Assembly: GCF_030144855.1 (NCBI RefSeq)
Contig: NC_082731.1
Span: 10,168,001-10,232,000, forward strand
DNA length: 64,000 nucleotides
From: Hypanus sabinus
Lineage: Eukaryota
Reading direction: 5' to 3'
This document shows, in pieces, positions 13,291 to 27,552 of this stretch; position 1 is the first letter of the stretch; each line of letters begins with the position of its first letter. The position numbers were made by a program, and so were the translations under genes. The notes below the pieces were generated by a model. That model saw only the letters and a program-made list of their open reading frames with translations, did no database searches and was not told the origin of the DNA.

Positions 13291-14452
13291 TGTTACTCCA
13301 GATCATACATTGAAGTGATTACAGAAGTTAACTACTTGCGATGTGAACCCCCAAAAGATACAATCAGATAATTGATCTCATTTCTGAGGACAAACAGTAA
13401 AAGACTGGAACGTCAGGAAAAGCATTTATTGGGAATATCACAGTCAATATTACCACCAATCATCAGACTGACCGAGAGATTAAATGGACTTTTGGAACAA
13501 CATATTAGTTTATTGAGATCAACTCACATCTTACAGTGGTAGCCACATCCGGCTTTGTACATTATGAACGGGGGACTTCTGCCCTAAGAATCTCCGATAA
13601 CTAGAATGATTAAATACACTTTGAAATCGGAGGAAGAGGTTTGCACTATAGAAGAATTTCCTATAGGGGAGCGTAAATGCAGATGAGCATTACAAATTCT
13701 CTGCATTGCAATGGGGAGATAATTAAAAATGGAGATAGTAATACTTGTTGAGTATCAGTACAATGTTTAGTATTTAAACAGGGAGGTACAGCCAAAATTA
13801 AAATAATTTAAATCTAATAGCAAACAGATGTTTTGTATTATTTTTGCTGAAATTAGTATGTTGGATGTAATCTGATCAATAACATGGACCCTGCTGCGCA
13901 ATGTCAACTGAGTGCACGGGAAGGACACTCGAAAGCCGTACCTCAGAAAAATTTTACTCGCTTCAACGGATGCCGATTTTAGGAGTAGGTTTTGGAATTG
14001 GGGGAGCAATGTCGAGATACAGTGCTGCTTCGGATCCTTCCAATTGTTACCATAATTGTGACATCTGTTTTGCTCACAGTACTGTCTGTTTTAACTTACT
14101 GCCTGAAGGGACATGTTAGACGATTGTAGCGCCAGGCTGTCTCTATATCGTTATTTTATTACCCATATGGAACTTTAATTGCAATAATCGTGTTGTCTAT
14201 ATTAAATTTGTACTTACTTTAGTCTTTTATTTCATATTTTGCTTTTTGGTATAATGTACAAATGAGGAATTATGGAGCGACGTTTCAAGAAAGATACCTC
14301 TTTGGTAAATGCCAATATTCGTAACACAAATGGTGTTATATGTGAATGTGGTGACCGTAATGGAGATGTGCCTAAACGCATATCCTTGAGATTAAATATG
14401 ATGAACGTTGTTTTATTTCTTGCATATTGCTGCCTCTGTTTCTATGTTATGT

Positions 14453-14454
<2 letters not shown>

Positions 14455-14499
<45 letters not shown>
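14455..14499. repeat. (AG)n microsatellite, ~22 units
   Basis: Direct reading. Confidence 0.98.
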
Positions 14500-14505
<6 letters not shown>

Positions 14506-16579
14506 CCCAGTCTGTTACCAATAAATAAGCAGTCTTGAAGAGAGCAGGTCGTCCATTAACTTTGCTTATGTTCTTATTAATCTCCCTATCACTGGCGGAG
14601 TTAATATCCTGTTAAATATGTTACAGATTGATTTCCGAGATGAGTCCTAAAAACTACACAATAAACATTTGATCTTAATTCAGGATTAAAATTTCCAGAA
14701 CACAAGAGTAAAGGAGAACAAAATGATTGTTACCCCGGATCCGATGCAGTTCTAAAAAGCACAGTAATATAAATATCACAATAATAATAACACGATAAAT
14801 ATTAGCATGTAAGAGAGTTTATGTGCATGGATTGATCATATGCCCATAAAGTGATGCTAGCCCTAGTGGTGTCTGTCCATCCGGATCCTGAGAGGAAAAT
14901 TTAATGTTGTGGTGGTTCGGGGTATGAAGGAGTGGGTTGGTGGCAGACGCATTGATCGGCCTTACCGTTTGTGGAAAGTGACTGTTTATCCTCTGCTGAT
15001 GCTGGTGTAGATGCTACATACCAGCCACGCTGAAAGGAGAGGAACAGACAGTCCACAAGCGGGATGGGTGTGAACTTTTATGTTTTTACTGGCCCTTGTA
15101 GCTCCATGCTTGATGGTGGATAAGCTGGAAACTGCACTGCGACTGCCAGGAAAGCACTACATCAGGTAATCAAAACTGCCCAATGCATTACTGGCAAACC
15201 TTCATAATTTAAACGATACATAAATTAAGAAAATTGATTTATCTCTACGTTACAGGAACACAGCTCCGGACAGATTAATGCATTCTTATCTGCTCTACAG
15301 CTTTACTGATTTGTATCACAGCATCTGCAGAACAACTCCCTCGTCTCACATGATGGTGCTGAAATCATTTGTTTCTTTTGCCACTATTACTCCCACGAAA
15401 CTTGATGCAAATTTTACCCTTGTTATCACTGCCTTGCACCTTTTGCTTTTCCTGCTGCTCTTCTGGTTTGCATGGTTCATTCGTAGTCTGAATAGCTATG
15501 TTGTTTTAGTTGCGGATATTGAAATACTTGACATGGTGCGGGGTTGCCCCTGATTTACATAATAATGTTTTTGCACCTGCAAATTCTTTGAATCTAGAAG
15601 ATAATCATGACTATTTCCTCAGTTAGTAAACTTACTGAAGGATTTAGTATAATAATTTCGTTATGCTGTGATCGATCCCTTTCATTCGTATTTAAGGTTT
15701 GAGCAACGTTCATTTTGGAGAATGTGCAGATACGTTGTGGTAAAGCAGTGAGCAGCTGATCAAGTGGAAGATATTGGCCTGTGACTGAGCACTGGAGCCA
15801 TGCAGGCATCTGCCGTGTTCTGGCGAATTAATATATTGGGCTTAAAATTAAAACTTATTAGTCATTTGGAGATTCGAGTTTTATTTTATGCTTTATTTTC
15901 AATGTCTATTTGTTAAATTCTGTGTCTGTAATTAGTGTTTCTATCCATGAAACAGATCTTCCAATTTTAAGACATTAGTATATTTATCTTCAAAGTCTAC
16001 TGCATCCATTTACCGGGAAGAAATTTCAGCTCTGGTTTGTTTGGTAAAGGTATATTCTAACTTCCCTCCAAACTTGCCTGACTTTAAAGGCAGATATGTT
16101 GTCACGACAACCATTTCTGACTGAAGAGCTTTCGGAGGTGTTGGAACAGCCATGATGTAGGCTGTGCTTCCACCTTCTCTATGGTGCCAAAGATCTGTAA
16201 GTTCACTGAATGTAAAACAGCCGATATTGGTACATAGAACAACTGTGAGAATCATCTCAGTCTTTGTCGACGGCAAGGTAACAAGCCTTGTTCTGGAGTG
16301 TTTTTTTAAACTTATTGATGCTTTACTAAATGAATGCCATATTTTGTGAACGTGCCAGTCCCTTACAATATGGAAATAAATCAAGGAACTGGCACGTTCG
16401 CAAAAAGTCAAATTCGTAAGTGAGCTGAGATACTTGAAACTGGAAGTAAAATATCTTAGATAACACCTCAGTTCAAATGAGACCCCTGGAAGCTTTGCAT
16501 TTCTGGTATGGAGCTTTCAGAGAAGAGGGCAGTTAACAGGGGAAACCAACATGAGATATTGAAGGAACTCAGCAGTTCA

Positions 16580-17450
16580 CACAGAATCTATGGAGTGAAA
16601 TGAACAGTAGACGTTTCCTCCACCGTTGATACTGCACTCATCCGCATCTCCTCCATTTCCAGAGCATTCATGGTTACCTGCCCCCTTAGGAATATAACTG
16701 CCCTTGTCCTGTGCTACCACCACATAATTTCCCGCATCCGACACATCATTCTTCGAAAAGTTCGTCATCTGCAACAGGACCCTGCCACCAAGGCATCTGT
16801 GTCTGTTTCCGCCGCACTCTTGCTTTCTGCAGGAATCGCTCCCTCTGTCATCACCATGTCTATTCATCGCTCTGCACTAATGCCCTTCCTGGCACCTAAC
16901 CTGCAAGTGGCAGAACAACAACACCTGCCCATTCACTGTTATTTGACGTCTATTCAGGGCCCGAAACAGTCCTTCCAGCTGAAGCAACACTTACCCTGCA
17001 TAGCTGTTGTGGTCGTTTGCTACATTCTGTGCTCTTGATGCGGCCGTCTCTATACAGGTGAGACACGATGTACCGTTTTGGAAGCACTTTGTCAAGGCCC
17101 TCAGCTCTATCGCTAAAAGCGAGATATTTGGGTAGGCAATTTCAATTCCTATCCCCATTCCCGTTACAGCATGTCAGTCCATGGCCTCCTCTTCTGCCAC
17201 GAAGAGGCCATTCTCAGTTTGGAAGAGCCACAACGCAGACTCCCTCTAGTTAACCTCTAACCTAATGGAATGAACTTCGATGTCTCCAACTACCAGTAAT
17301 TTATTTCCCTTCCCTTGCCTTTTCTTAATTTCCTCACTTTGACCTCTTGTCTCTTTTCCTCAGCTGCCTATCACCTCCAATGGAAACCCTTTTCCCTTTC
17401 TCGCATAGTTCACTCTTCTCTCCTATCAGATTTCTTTTCGCCAGCCGTCG
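16580..17450 (+). mobile_element. Penelope-like element fragment (linker, GIY-YIG endonuclease remnant, pyrimidine-rich 3' region)
   Basis: LVLCYHHIISRIRHIILRKVRHLQQDPATK; ctctatacaggtgagaca (YxGET) at ~17050. Confidence 0.75.
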
Positions 17451-17459
17451 CTGGAATTT

Positions 17460-18210
17460 AGTAGGATGGTAGGGAACTCATTGAAACTTTCGAACGTTGA
17501 AAGGCCCAGACAGAGTAGAGGTGGAAAGGATGGTTTCCCTTCGTGGGGGAGTCTAGGATAAGAGGACAAAGCCTCAGGCGAAAGGAGCGTCCATTTAAAA
17601 CAGTGATGTGTAAAAATATCTTTAGTTGGGGGCTGGTGAATTTGTGAAATTTGAGGTAGATGGATTTTATTCCAAACATGTTCAAGATGTTGCACTTCAG
17701 TAGGAGAAATCAGGGCTTGGAGTATGGTGTGCAGTTTTGGTCACCAACCTCTAGGAAAGATATAAATAAGATTGACAGAATACAGAGAAAATTTGGAAGA
17801 ATGTTACCGGGACTGGCAGACCTCAGTTATGTTGAACAATTGAATAGGTTAGGATTTATTCCTTGGGGCATAGAAGATGGAGGGGAGATTTTATAAAATA
17901 TGCAAAACTATGAGCAAATATAAGCAAGTTTTTTCCACTGAGGTTAGGTGTGACTACAGTTAGAAGCCATGGATTAGGGTGAACGGTGAAGTGTTTACGG
18001 GGGGATTGAGGGGAGATATCTTCGCTCAGAGGGACATGCCAGCTCACCCGAACATGTGAACTTGATTTAAGAGAAGTTTGGATAGGTACATGTATGGGAG
18101 TGGTATGGTGGGCTATCGTCCGGGTGGAGGTCGATGTGCGTGGCAGTTTAATTCAATGGTCATGGACTAGATGTGCTGAAGGACTTTTTACTGCGGCTTA
18201 CATTTCTATG
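17460..18210 (+). mobile_element. CR1 3' fragments
   Basis: LEYGVQFWSP...IDRIQRKFGRMLPG and CR1 3' UTR sequence. Confidence 0.8.
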
Positions 18211-18239
18211 ACTTTGACTCTAACCTGCAGAAAGAGGAT

Positions 18240-18720
18240 CTGGGTAATAGGCTGGGAATGAGGGTGTGGGAGGGGAAATAATGCCTATAGGACAAGAAGG
18301 ATGAGAAAATAAGGAGAAGGAGAACAGAGAGGACTGGTCACCAGAAGAAAAAGTTTATAGTGATGACGACAGTATGGGGACTGTGAAGACGGAATATGAG
18401 GTGTTATTCCTTTAACCTGCGATAGATCTTACCGTAGAATTACCGGATGCGTTTGACAGATATGTCAGTTTGGGAAAGGGAAATGTTATTAAAATGGCTA
18501 GATGTTATGGATGACTGAGTGATGGTACTCAACGAAGCTGTCTACCAGGTTCGCCTCGTCACACAGTTGCAGAGGAGGCCGCACCGGATGCAATAAATGA
18601 CCTCGGTGGATTCACAGGTGAAGCAAAGCCTCATCTGGAAGGAGGCTTTAGGGCATTTAAAGTCTAAAAATGTTGGGTCTCTGGCCAAAAGAAGTTCTGT
18701 GTGGTCAAGACCCTCCAACA
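18240..18720 (-). mobile_element. Penelope-like GIY-YIG fragment
   Basis: Antisense of CFTCEST.VIYCIRC..CGLL and the adjacent pyrimidine-rich region. Confidence 0.65.
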
Positions 18721-18887
18721 ACATCGCTTCTGCACCCGAAAAAATGCAATCATATTTTCCCTGCGGTGGGGTGACTAGAATTTAAGTTCATACTATCGCT
18801 TTATCTTCAGCCCTCTCTGCACCGGCGTTCCCTGCGTTTGCCAACAAAAGATTCAATATGCTTTCGTCAAAAGTTGTTTTTTTTCCA

Positions 18888-21864
18888 TAAACAAGACGGT
18901 AATTTAACTACTGATCATAAAGAAGTTAATAATACCTTTCAAGATTTTTATAAATCTTTATATCATTCAGAATTTGATGGTGACCAGTCTATGATAGATA
19001 ATTTTTTTAACAATTTGAATATTCCTAAACTGACTGATGAAGACCATAACCTGTTAGATGCTCCTATTTCTATAGTGGAAATAGGAGAGGCTATCTCATC
19101 AATGAATTCAGGGAAAGCTCCTGGTCCTGATGGTTATATAGTAGAATTTTTTAAAACTTTTTCTTCTTTGCTCTCTCCTTGGTTATGTGAAATTTTTAAT
19201 GATGCGTTTGCTAAGAAGAGATTACCTCAATCTTTTTATGAAGCTAATATTTCTCTAATTCTTAAAAAAGATAAAGATCCTACTTTATGTACATCTTATC
19301 GCCCTATATCACTATTAAATGTAGATTCTAAGATTCTTACAAAAATTTTAGCTATTAGATTAGAAAAAGTACTATCTCAGATTATTTCAGAAGATCAAAC
19401 TGGTTTTATGAGGAATCGGTATTCCTTTTTTAATGTTAGAAAATTGATTAATATATTTCATACTTCACCACCCACAATCCCAGAATGTGTTATCTCATTA
19501 GATGCTGAAAAAGCTTTTAATAGAGTTGAATGGATATATTTATTTAATACATTGAGAAATTTTAATTTTAGTCCTAAATTTATATCATGGATAAAATTAA
19601 TATATCATAAACCTGTTGCTTCTGTTTTTACAAATAACTATAGATCCTCTTTTTTTCAATTATCTCGTGGTACGAGACAAGGCTGTCCCTTAAGTCCTTT
19701 ATTATTTAATATTGCATTAGAACCTTTAGCTATTGCTATTCGTGAATCTCCTAATATTTTTGGTATTACCCGTAATGAGAAGTTATACAAATTATCGCTT
19801 TATGCTGATGATTTGCTGTTATATATTTCTGACCCTGATAGGTCTATTCCTGTTATTTTATCCTTGTTGGTTCAATTTGGTACTTTTTCTGGTTATAAAC
19901 TAAATTTAGATAAGAGTGAATTATTTCCTTTAAATGCACAAACTTTATTGAGTGATAGGATACCATTTAAAGTTGTTACTGATAACTTTACCTATTTAGG
20001 TATAAAAATTACCAAGAAATATAAAGAATTATTTAGATTGAATGTTTTACCTATGCTTCATCAAATTCATCAACTTACTACAAGATGGTCTCCTTTGTTT
20101 TTATCATTAATTGGTCGGATTAATGCTATTAAAATGATGATTTTACCGAAATTTTTATACTTATTTCAAGCCCTACCAGTTTTTATTCCTAAATCTTTTT
20201 TGATAACATTGATTCAAAAATTTCCTCATTTGTGTGGCAAAATAAAAACCCTAGGTTAAGTAAAAAGCAATTACAAAAATCAAAAAAAGATGGTGGCTTA
20301 GCTTTACCCAATTTTAGATTTTACTATTGGGCAAATAATATTCGTAATTTATTGTATTGGAAACTAGATTTGGATTCACCACTGTGCCCACAGTGGGTAA
20401 ATTTGGAATGTAATGAGGTAAAGGGATATTCTCTATTCTCTGTTCTTGGTTCTTGTCTCCCTGCGGATTTAGTTAAATTTAATAAACAAATATCTAATCC
20501 TGTTATTAAACATACATTACGAATTTGGTTTCAATTTCGTAAGTTTTTCACTTTGAAAAACTTTGTTCTTGATAGCCCTATCTTACTTAATTTCTTTTTC
20601 AAACCCTCTTGGACAGATCAAGCTTTTAACATATGGAAAAGGAAAGGTATAAAATGTTTTCGTGATCTTTTTTTTGAAGATAGTTTGATGTCATTTGATC
20701 AACTTTCTAACAAATTTGAATTACCTAAATCTATTTTTTTCAGATATTTACAAATTAGAAATTTCTTACATAAAGTTTTACCATCTTTTCCTAATTCAAC
20801 TTTGGTGGACATTACAGATTTGATTTTTACCTTAAATCCTTGTCAGAAGGGATTAGTAGCTTTTATTTATAATATGATTATGAAGATACAACCAGAAATA
20901 TCAGTTAGAATTAAACAAGAATGGGAAAAAGAACTTCGATATAACATATCAACAGATAAATGGGAAAAAATTTTGCAAATGGTTAATTCTTCTTCTATAT
21001 GTGCTAAACATGCTTTAATACAATTTTAAATTGTACATAGAGCTCATATGTCTAAAGAGAAACTTGCTCGATTCTATTCTCATATTAACCCTCAATGTGA
21101 CAGATGTCATTCAGAAGTGGCCTCATTGACCCATATGTTCTGGTCATGTCCCACTTTACATAATTACTGGAAGGACATATTTACTACTATTTCTTCAATT
21201 TGGAATATAGATTTACAACCTCATTTTATTACTGCAATTTTTGGCATACCAAATGAAGATGGTAATCAGTTTTCCCCTTCAATCAGACGAATGATTGCTT
21301 TTGTAACATTAATGGCCAGAAGGTCTATATTACAAAATTGGAAAGAAGTAAATCCTCCTACCACATTTCAATGGCTTTCTCAAACTATTTCTTATCTGAG
21401 TTTGGAAAAAAATTAGAAGCACTATTTTTGACTCATCAATTAAATTTGAAGAAACTTGGAGACTGTTTATTCGACATTTTCATATGAATTAATTTGGCCT
21501 TTTCCAGACCTTCTTTCTGCTTATTCATGTTCAGGTATGGAGTTCCGGAGTTCTTTAACACTATCATATACTTGTAAACTGTTATTATTGCCCATGTTAG
21601 TTTAGTTTAGTGTTTTATTTTTCTTAATATATACTTTTTTTCACATATTTTTATTTTTTTTTTCTTTTTTTAATGGTCATTTTTGTTTTTTTTCATATAA
21701 TCATATGGACTTGATTGATTAAGGTATTTTCTTCTGTTGATGTTTAGTAGGATATTGTTATCTTATTATCAACGCGATTTCAAGTCTATTGTATTCATAA
21801 TTTACTTATTATTATGTTATTTTTTGTGTATATATGAAAATCAATAAAAAGATTGAAAAAAAAA
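18888..21864 (+). mobile_element. Young 5'-truncated L1-clade LINE (ORF2 RT and Cys domain, 3' UTR, polyA)
   Basis: Perfect 12-bp TSD GTTTTTTTTCCA (18876-18887, 21865-21876). RT motifs YRPISLLN, LDAEKAF, GTRQGCPLSPLLF, LYADD; CDRC...HMFWSC; AATAAA plus A9 tail. Only two frameshifts, both in T runs. Confidence 0.96.
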
Positions 21865-22499
21865 GTTTTTTTTCCACAACCACGAATCCTAAATCCTAAT
21901 CACTGGTCCAAATCGCTCAGCTCCTTCCAGTAGTTCACATTGTTCAGATGCCTGACAATAGACCATATACCAGACAAGTATTGATACGGAAAGAGATTAA
22001 AAGGCGGTCAACAGGAGTTGAAAGATTTACTCAAAATCCCCTTGGGAAAATGTTGCACCCAACTGATTCCTAAACATTCCATGCCTGTCACTGTTTTAAG
22101 TGGTGATGCAGTGCGACTGATCATACTGAGAATCTTGCACTGAAGTACACTGATATCCAATATAAACGGTAAAAGTACAACATCCCATTCAGACATCATC
22201 CAGGTCTTCCTCCTCATATGAGGTGTATTCTGGGACCTAAACAAAACCTTTGTTCTGTAAAGAAATCCTCTGAGTTATGTTACTTTATGGAGTTGAATTA
22301 TGAAGCAGGAACCTGAAAAGCCCCTGAACAATGCCACTAAAGAAAATTAAGATATGTTTTGAGGATATGCTGAAAGGACAGACGCACTACAGCACTGGAG
22401 GAAGCCAACATGAACAGCACCTCCATCAGGATAAAGCAACACTATGTCCGATGGGTAGATCATGTAAATGAAATACATAATTCGCTTCTCCCGAAAGAA

Positions 22500-25400
22500 A
22501 TAGAGAATAGACAATGGACAATAGGTGTAGACCATTCGGCCCTTCGAGATGGCACCGCGATTTTGAGATCATGGCTGTTCAATTGCTATCAATACCCGGT
22601 TCCTGCCTTATCCCCTTATCCCTTGATTCCTCTATCCATAAGATATCTATCTAGCTCCTTGAAAGCATCAGGAGAATTGGCCTCCACTACCTTCCAAGGG
22701 AGTGCATTCCAGACCCCCACTACTCTCTGGGAGAAGAAGTTTTTCCTTAACTCTGTCCTAAATGACCTACCCCTTGTTCTCAAACCATGCCCTCTTGATA
22801 CTGGACTCTCCCAGCATCTGGAACATATTTCCTGCCCCTAACTTGTCCAATCCCTTAATAATCTTATCTGTTTCAATCAGATCCCCTCTCAATCTCCTTA
22901 TTTCCAGCGTGTACAAGCTCAGTCTCTCTGACCTCTCTGCGTACGACAGTCCAGACATCCCAGGAATCAACCTCGTGAATCTACGCTGCACTTTCTCGAC
23001 AGCCAGGATGTCCTTCCTTAACCCTGGAGACCAAAACTGGACACAATACTCGAGGTGTGGTCTCACCAGGGCTCTATACAAATGCAAGAGGATTTCCTTG
23101 CTCTTGTACTCAATTCCCTTTGTAATAAAGGCTAACATTCCATTAGCCTTCTTCACTGCCTGCTGCACTTGCTTATTCACCTTCAGTGACTGATGAACAA
23201 GGACTCCGAGATCTCTTTGTATTACTCCCTTACCTAACTCTACACTGTTCAGATAATAATCTGCCTTCCTGTTCTTACTCCCAAAGTGGATAACCTCACA
23301 CCTATTCACATTAAACGCCATCTGCCAAGTATCTGCCCACGCACCCAGCCCATCTAATTCACCCTGAATTCTCCTAACATCCTCATCACATGTCACACTG
23401 CCACCCAGCTTAATATCATCAGCAAATTTGCTGATGTTATTTTCTATGCCTTCATCCAGATCTTTAACGTAAATGGTAAACAGCTGATGTCCCAATTATG
23501 AGCCCTGTGGTACCTCACTAGTCAGCACCTGTCTTTCCGAGAAACACCCATTCACCGCTACCCTTTGCTTTCTAACTGCCAACCAGTTTTCTATCCATGT
23601 CAATGCCTTCTCCCTCAATGCCATGAGCTTTGATGTTACCCAACAATAATCTATGTGGGACCTTATCAAATGCCTTCTAAAAATCGAGGTACACTACATC
23701 CACTGGATCTCCCCCGTCAAACTTCCTGGTTACATCCTCGAAAAACTCCAATAGATTACCCTTGGGAAATCCATGCTGGCTCGGCCCAATCCTATCACTG
23801 CTATCTAGATATTCCACTATTTCATCCTTAATAATGGACTCTAAATTCTTCCCTTCCACCGATGTCGGGCTGACAAGTCGATAGTTCTCTGTTTTCTCCC
23901 TCCCTCCTTTCTTAAAAAAGCGGGATAACATTAGCCATTCTCCAATATTCAGAAAATGATCCTGGACCTAAGGAACATTGGAAAATGATTATCAATTATC
24001 CGCAATTATCCGCAATTTCCAGGGCCACCTCCTTTAGTACCCTAGGGTACAGACCATATGGACCTGGGGATTTGTCAGCCTTCAGTCCCATCAGTCTTCT
24101 CATCACCGCTCCCTTCCGAATGTCAATCTGTTTAATTTCCTCTGTTACCCTATGTCCTTGGCCCATCCATACATCTGGGAGATTGCTTGTGTCTTCCTTA
24201 GTGAAAACAGATCTAAATTACTCTTTAAATTCTTCTGCCATTTCTCTGTTTCCCATAACAATTTCACCCAATTTATTCTTCAAGGGCCCAACACTGTTCT
24301 TAACTATCATCCTTCTCTTCACATACTTAAAAAAAAAACTTTTGCTATATTCTTTTGTATTTCTGGCTAGCTTGCGTTCGTACTTCATTTCTTCTCCCCG
24401 TGTTCTCTTTTTAGTTAAGTTCTGTTGTTCCTTAAAAACTTCCCAATCATCTGTCCTCCCAATCACCTTAGCTCTATCATATTTCCATTTTTTTAATGCT
24501 ATGCAGTCTCTGACTTCCTTTGTCAACCACTGAGGCCTCTTGCCCCCCTTTGAATCCTTCGTTCTCTGGGGGATGAACTGATTTTGCACCTTGTGCATTA
24601 TTCTCAAGAATGCCTGCCATTGCTGTTCCACTGCCTTTTCTGCTAGGCTATCCGTCCAGTCAACTTTGGCCAGCTCCTCCCTCATGGCTCCATAGTTTCT
24701 CCTGTTCATCCGCAACACCGACACCTCCGAGCTGCCCTTATCCTTCTCAAATTGCAGATAAAAGCTTATCATATGGTGATCATTACCACCTAATGGCTCC
24801 TTTACTGCGAGATCGCTTATCAAATCCTGTTCATTACATAACACTAAATTCAGAATAGTCTTGTCCCTGGTCGACGCTCTTACAAGCTGTTCCAAGAATG
24901 CATCCCGTAGGCACTCTGCAAACTCCCTATCCTGTGGTCCAGCACCAACCTGATTCTCCCAGTTCACCTGTATGTTGAAATCCCCCATAACTACTGTTAC
25001 ATTACCTTTGCCACATGCCAATGTTAACTCCCTATTCAACTTGCACCCAATATCCATGCTACTGTTTGGTGGCCTGTAGACAACACCCATTTGGGTCCTT
25101 TTGCCCCTACTGTTCCTCAGTTCTGTCCACACAGACTCTACTTCTCCTGACCCTATGTCCCTTCTTGTAAAGGACTGAATCTCATTCCTCACCAACAGGG
25201 GCACCCCACCCCTTCTGCCCACCATTTCTGTCCCTACGATAGCACGTATAAGCTTCTACATTCATTTCCCAGGTCTAATCTCCCTGCAGCCATGTCTCCG
25301 TTATCCCAACAACATCATAGTTACGCATTCGCACCTGGGCTTCAAGCTCATCCGCCTTATTTCTGGCACTTCGTGCTTTAATCTCAGTTAAATGAAGTTC
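22500..25400 (-). mobile_element. CR1 LINE, most of ORF2 (APE endonuclease to RT) with deletions
   Basis: YDVVGITETWL, GVVYRPPNS, VMGDFN, NDHHMI, SKFADDIK, LVRPHLEYCVQFWSP. Confidence 0.92.
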
Positions 25401-26678
25401 AGCAAGGATCTGATTGAAGAGGAAACGCTTCAAATACATCATCAAACTCAGACTGAAGAAAGTCAACAAACTACAAACATCTACAAGCCGAGAAGACATT
25501 GCACTTAGTTCATGTACCTGGAGGAACTATGATCCAGATGGAACTGCGATACATTCGAGTACCTGCACTGTGCCGCAAAGAACGTAAGCGGGTGATGGCA
25601 CAGAGTGGGTTTCCAGGCTCTACTTCTCCTCGATGCAATAATAAGGAGAGGGTATGTCTCAGATGGTGAGAATGCTTAATGATGGATGCCGCTTTCTCGA
25701 CACACCGCCTGCGGAAGATATTTATGATAGTGGAACAATTGTGTCTGTAATACAGTTGAATGAGCCTCTAACAGTCAGCAGCCTCTTCCAATACTTCACA
25801 TTGGAGCAACTACAACAGCCTACACGATGCAACCAGTTAGAGCATTCTCCACCGTGCGTATGTAGAGATTTGCTTGAACATTTGGTGATATCCCAAATCT
25901 CCTCAAATTCCTAATTCCTGATTCCATCAATGTGTTGGGCCCAGGATAGTTGTTCTGAGAGTACGTCACCCAGAAGCATATCTAATATCTATTGCTTATT
26001 TATTTCACCACTGACCCATCAACCACAGAAGGACCAAATCACATTCCAGAAGCTTGAAAAAATCTGCAGAAGAGTTGATTGGCCCAGGACTGCACTTGTA
26101 GTAGTTTTTTCCATATAGACTACTGAAAAGCTGAACAAATGCGATGAGTTCTTTCCATGTACTTGATGCCATATTTCATTGAACTTTAGGTTCATTCACT
26201 GAAGTCACAACTGTGTTGGGTTTCTTTTTGAAAAGTCGAAAGCCGTTTTACAGGCGAATGCTTTTTCATCTCTTCAATGAATCTATCAAACTCAGGGACT
26301 TACCATCCCGTGCTCCAATAATTATTACAGTACTACTAACGTGAAAATCGTAATTGTACCTAATGCTCCCACCCTTTACATTTTTTTGGCCTCCGACACT
26401 TTCTGGAGTATAACCTCTGACGAAAATTGACACAAATATATTTTTAAAAAATCATCTGCCATCTTCTTGTTTTCCATTATTAATTCCATCACACTTTGGA
26501 GAAGGAGAGTTTTAAAATTTTGCTCAGTGTTTATTTGGACCCCAGAAACAATATTGGGAATGTGTGCATATGGCTTTTTCAATCGAATTGGTGAGCGGTT
26601 ACAAAATCATCACTGTAGTGTGTCTGAAACCCCCATAAAAGCTAAATGTACTGAGGAGCCACAGGTTAAAATCTCAAT

Positions 26679-26870
26679 TGAGTCATTTGCTTACATTTGT
26701 CCAACATTACCAAGTGAATGCCCATTGAATATGCTTATGGCTTTGATTTTTCAACGCAGTGCAGGTGGCAGATCCACTCACTGATACAACTGCGGCCTCT
26801 GCCCACCCTGTGGTATAATTGTATTCACTGAGTCATCCTGTAGTTTTACTTCCTGAAAGTTAAGTGAACA
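26679..26870. promoter_or_regulatory. Candidate lymphoid enhancer motif cluster
   Basis: TGAGTCA (26679, 26829), GCAGGTGG (26761), TGTGGT (26809) and ACTTCCTG (26848) within ~190 bp of apparently non-repetitive DNA. Confidence 0.35.
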
Positions 26871-27552
26871 CCTCCTTCTAAATGCAGTACGGGGCAAACC
26901 CGCCCTCAGATTTTGCGGTCACCAATGCAGAACAGATGGACGGTACAGGACGGCAACTGAAGATAGGTACGCAGGGGTCACTTACTGGTCCTCCTACACG
27001 TTACACTCTTTTACTGGGCTGTTCCTTCAAGACACCATGTTGTAGCGAAATGGAGAATGGTTCTTCAAAGCTCCATGTACTGATTTGAAGCAGCAACCTC
27101 CTTATATCAAGACGGTCATAATATAGTACCAAGAATCAAGAATAGATTAGACTGCTTGCATGAATAAACATATTTAAAGTCACGGCAATACCATCAATCG
27201 AAAGTGTTCTTCTTAGACTGTGAAAATTATGAATATCCATCTCAATTTGTTTAAGGCTCTGCCGCCTTAAATAGAGACATTAAATCGGCATGGGTGTATC
27301 ACATCACATGGACTCCAATCTTGGTTCCCTTGCCCGTGCAGCTTATTCAGTCGATTGTCACTAACAGGAATTAACATTCCAGAATGAAGTAAAGAATAAA
27401 CATGCGAGTAACGAGCTTCGGAGGTAGACTGAGATTTGGGTAAATAAATAAAATTTTTGGACAGGGCGAGAAGCGTCATTGTGTTTTGGGATGTTGAGAA
27501 AGGAATATATAATGTAAGTATTCTTGTGTTAAGAGGAACTAGGAAGTTATAT

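Noticed and set aside
14455-14499. (AG)n tract as a functional element
   Set aside because: An ordinary microsatellite, about 19.5 kb from the V promoter.
16010-16411. 133-aa minus-strand ORF in unique sequence
   Set aside because: No recognisable domain, splice context or compositional support.
18838-18887. N-terminus of the 473-aa ORF as part of L1
   Set aside because: It lies outside the TSD. The L1 starts at 18888.
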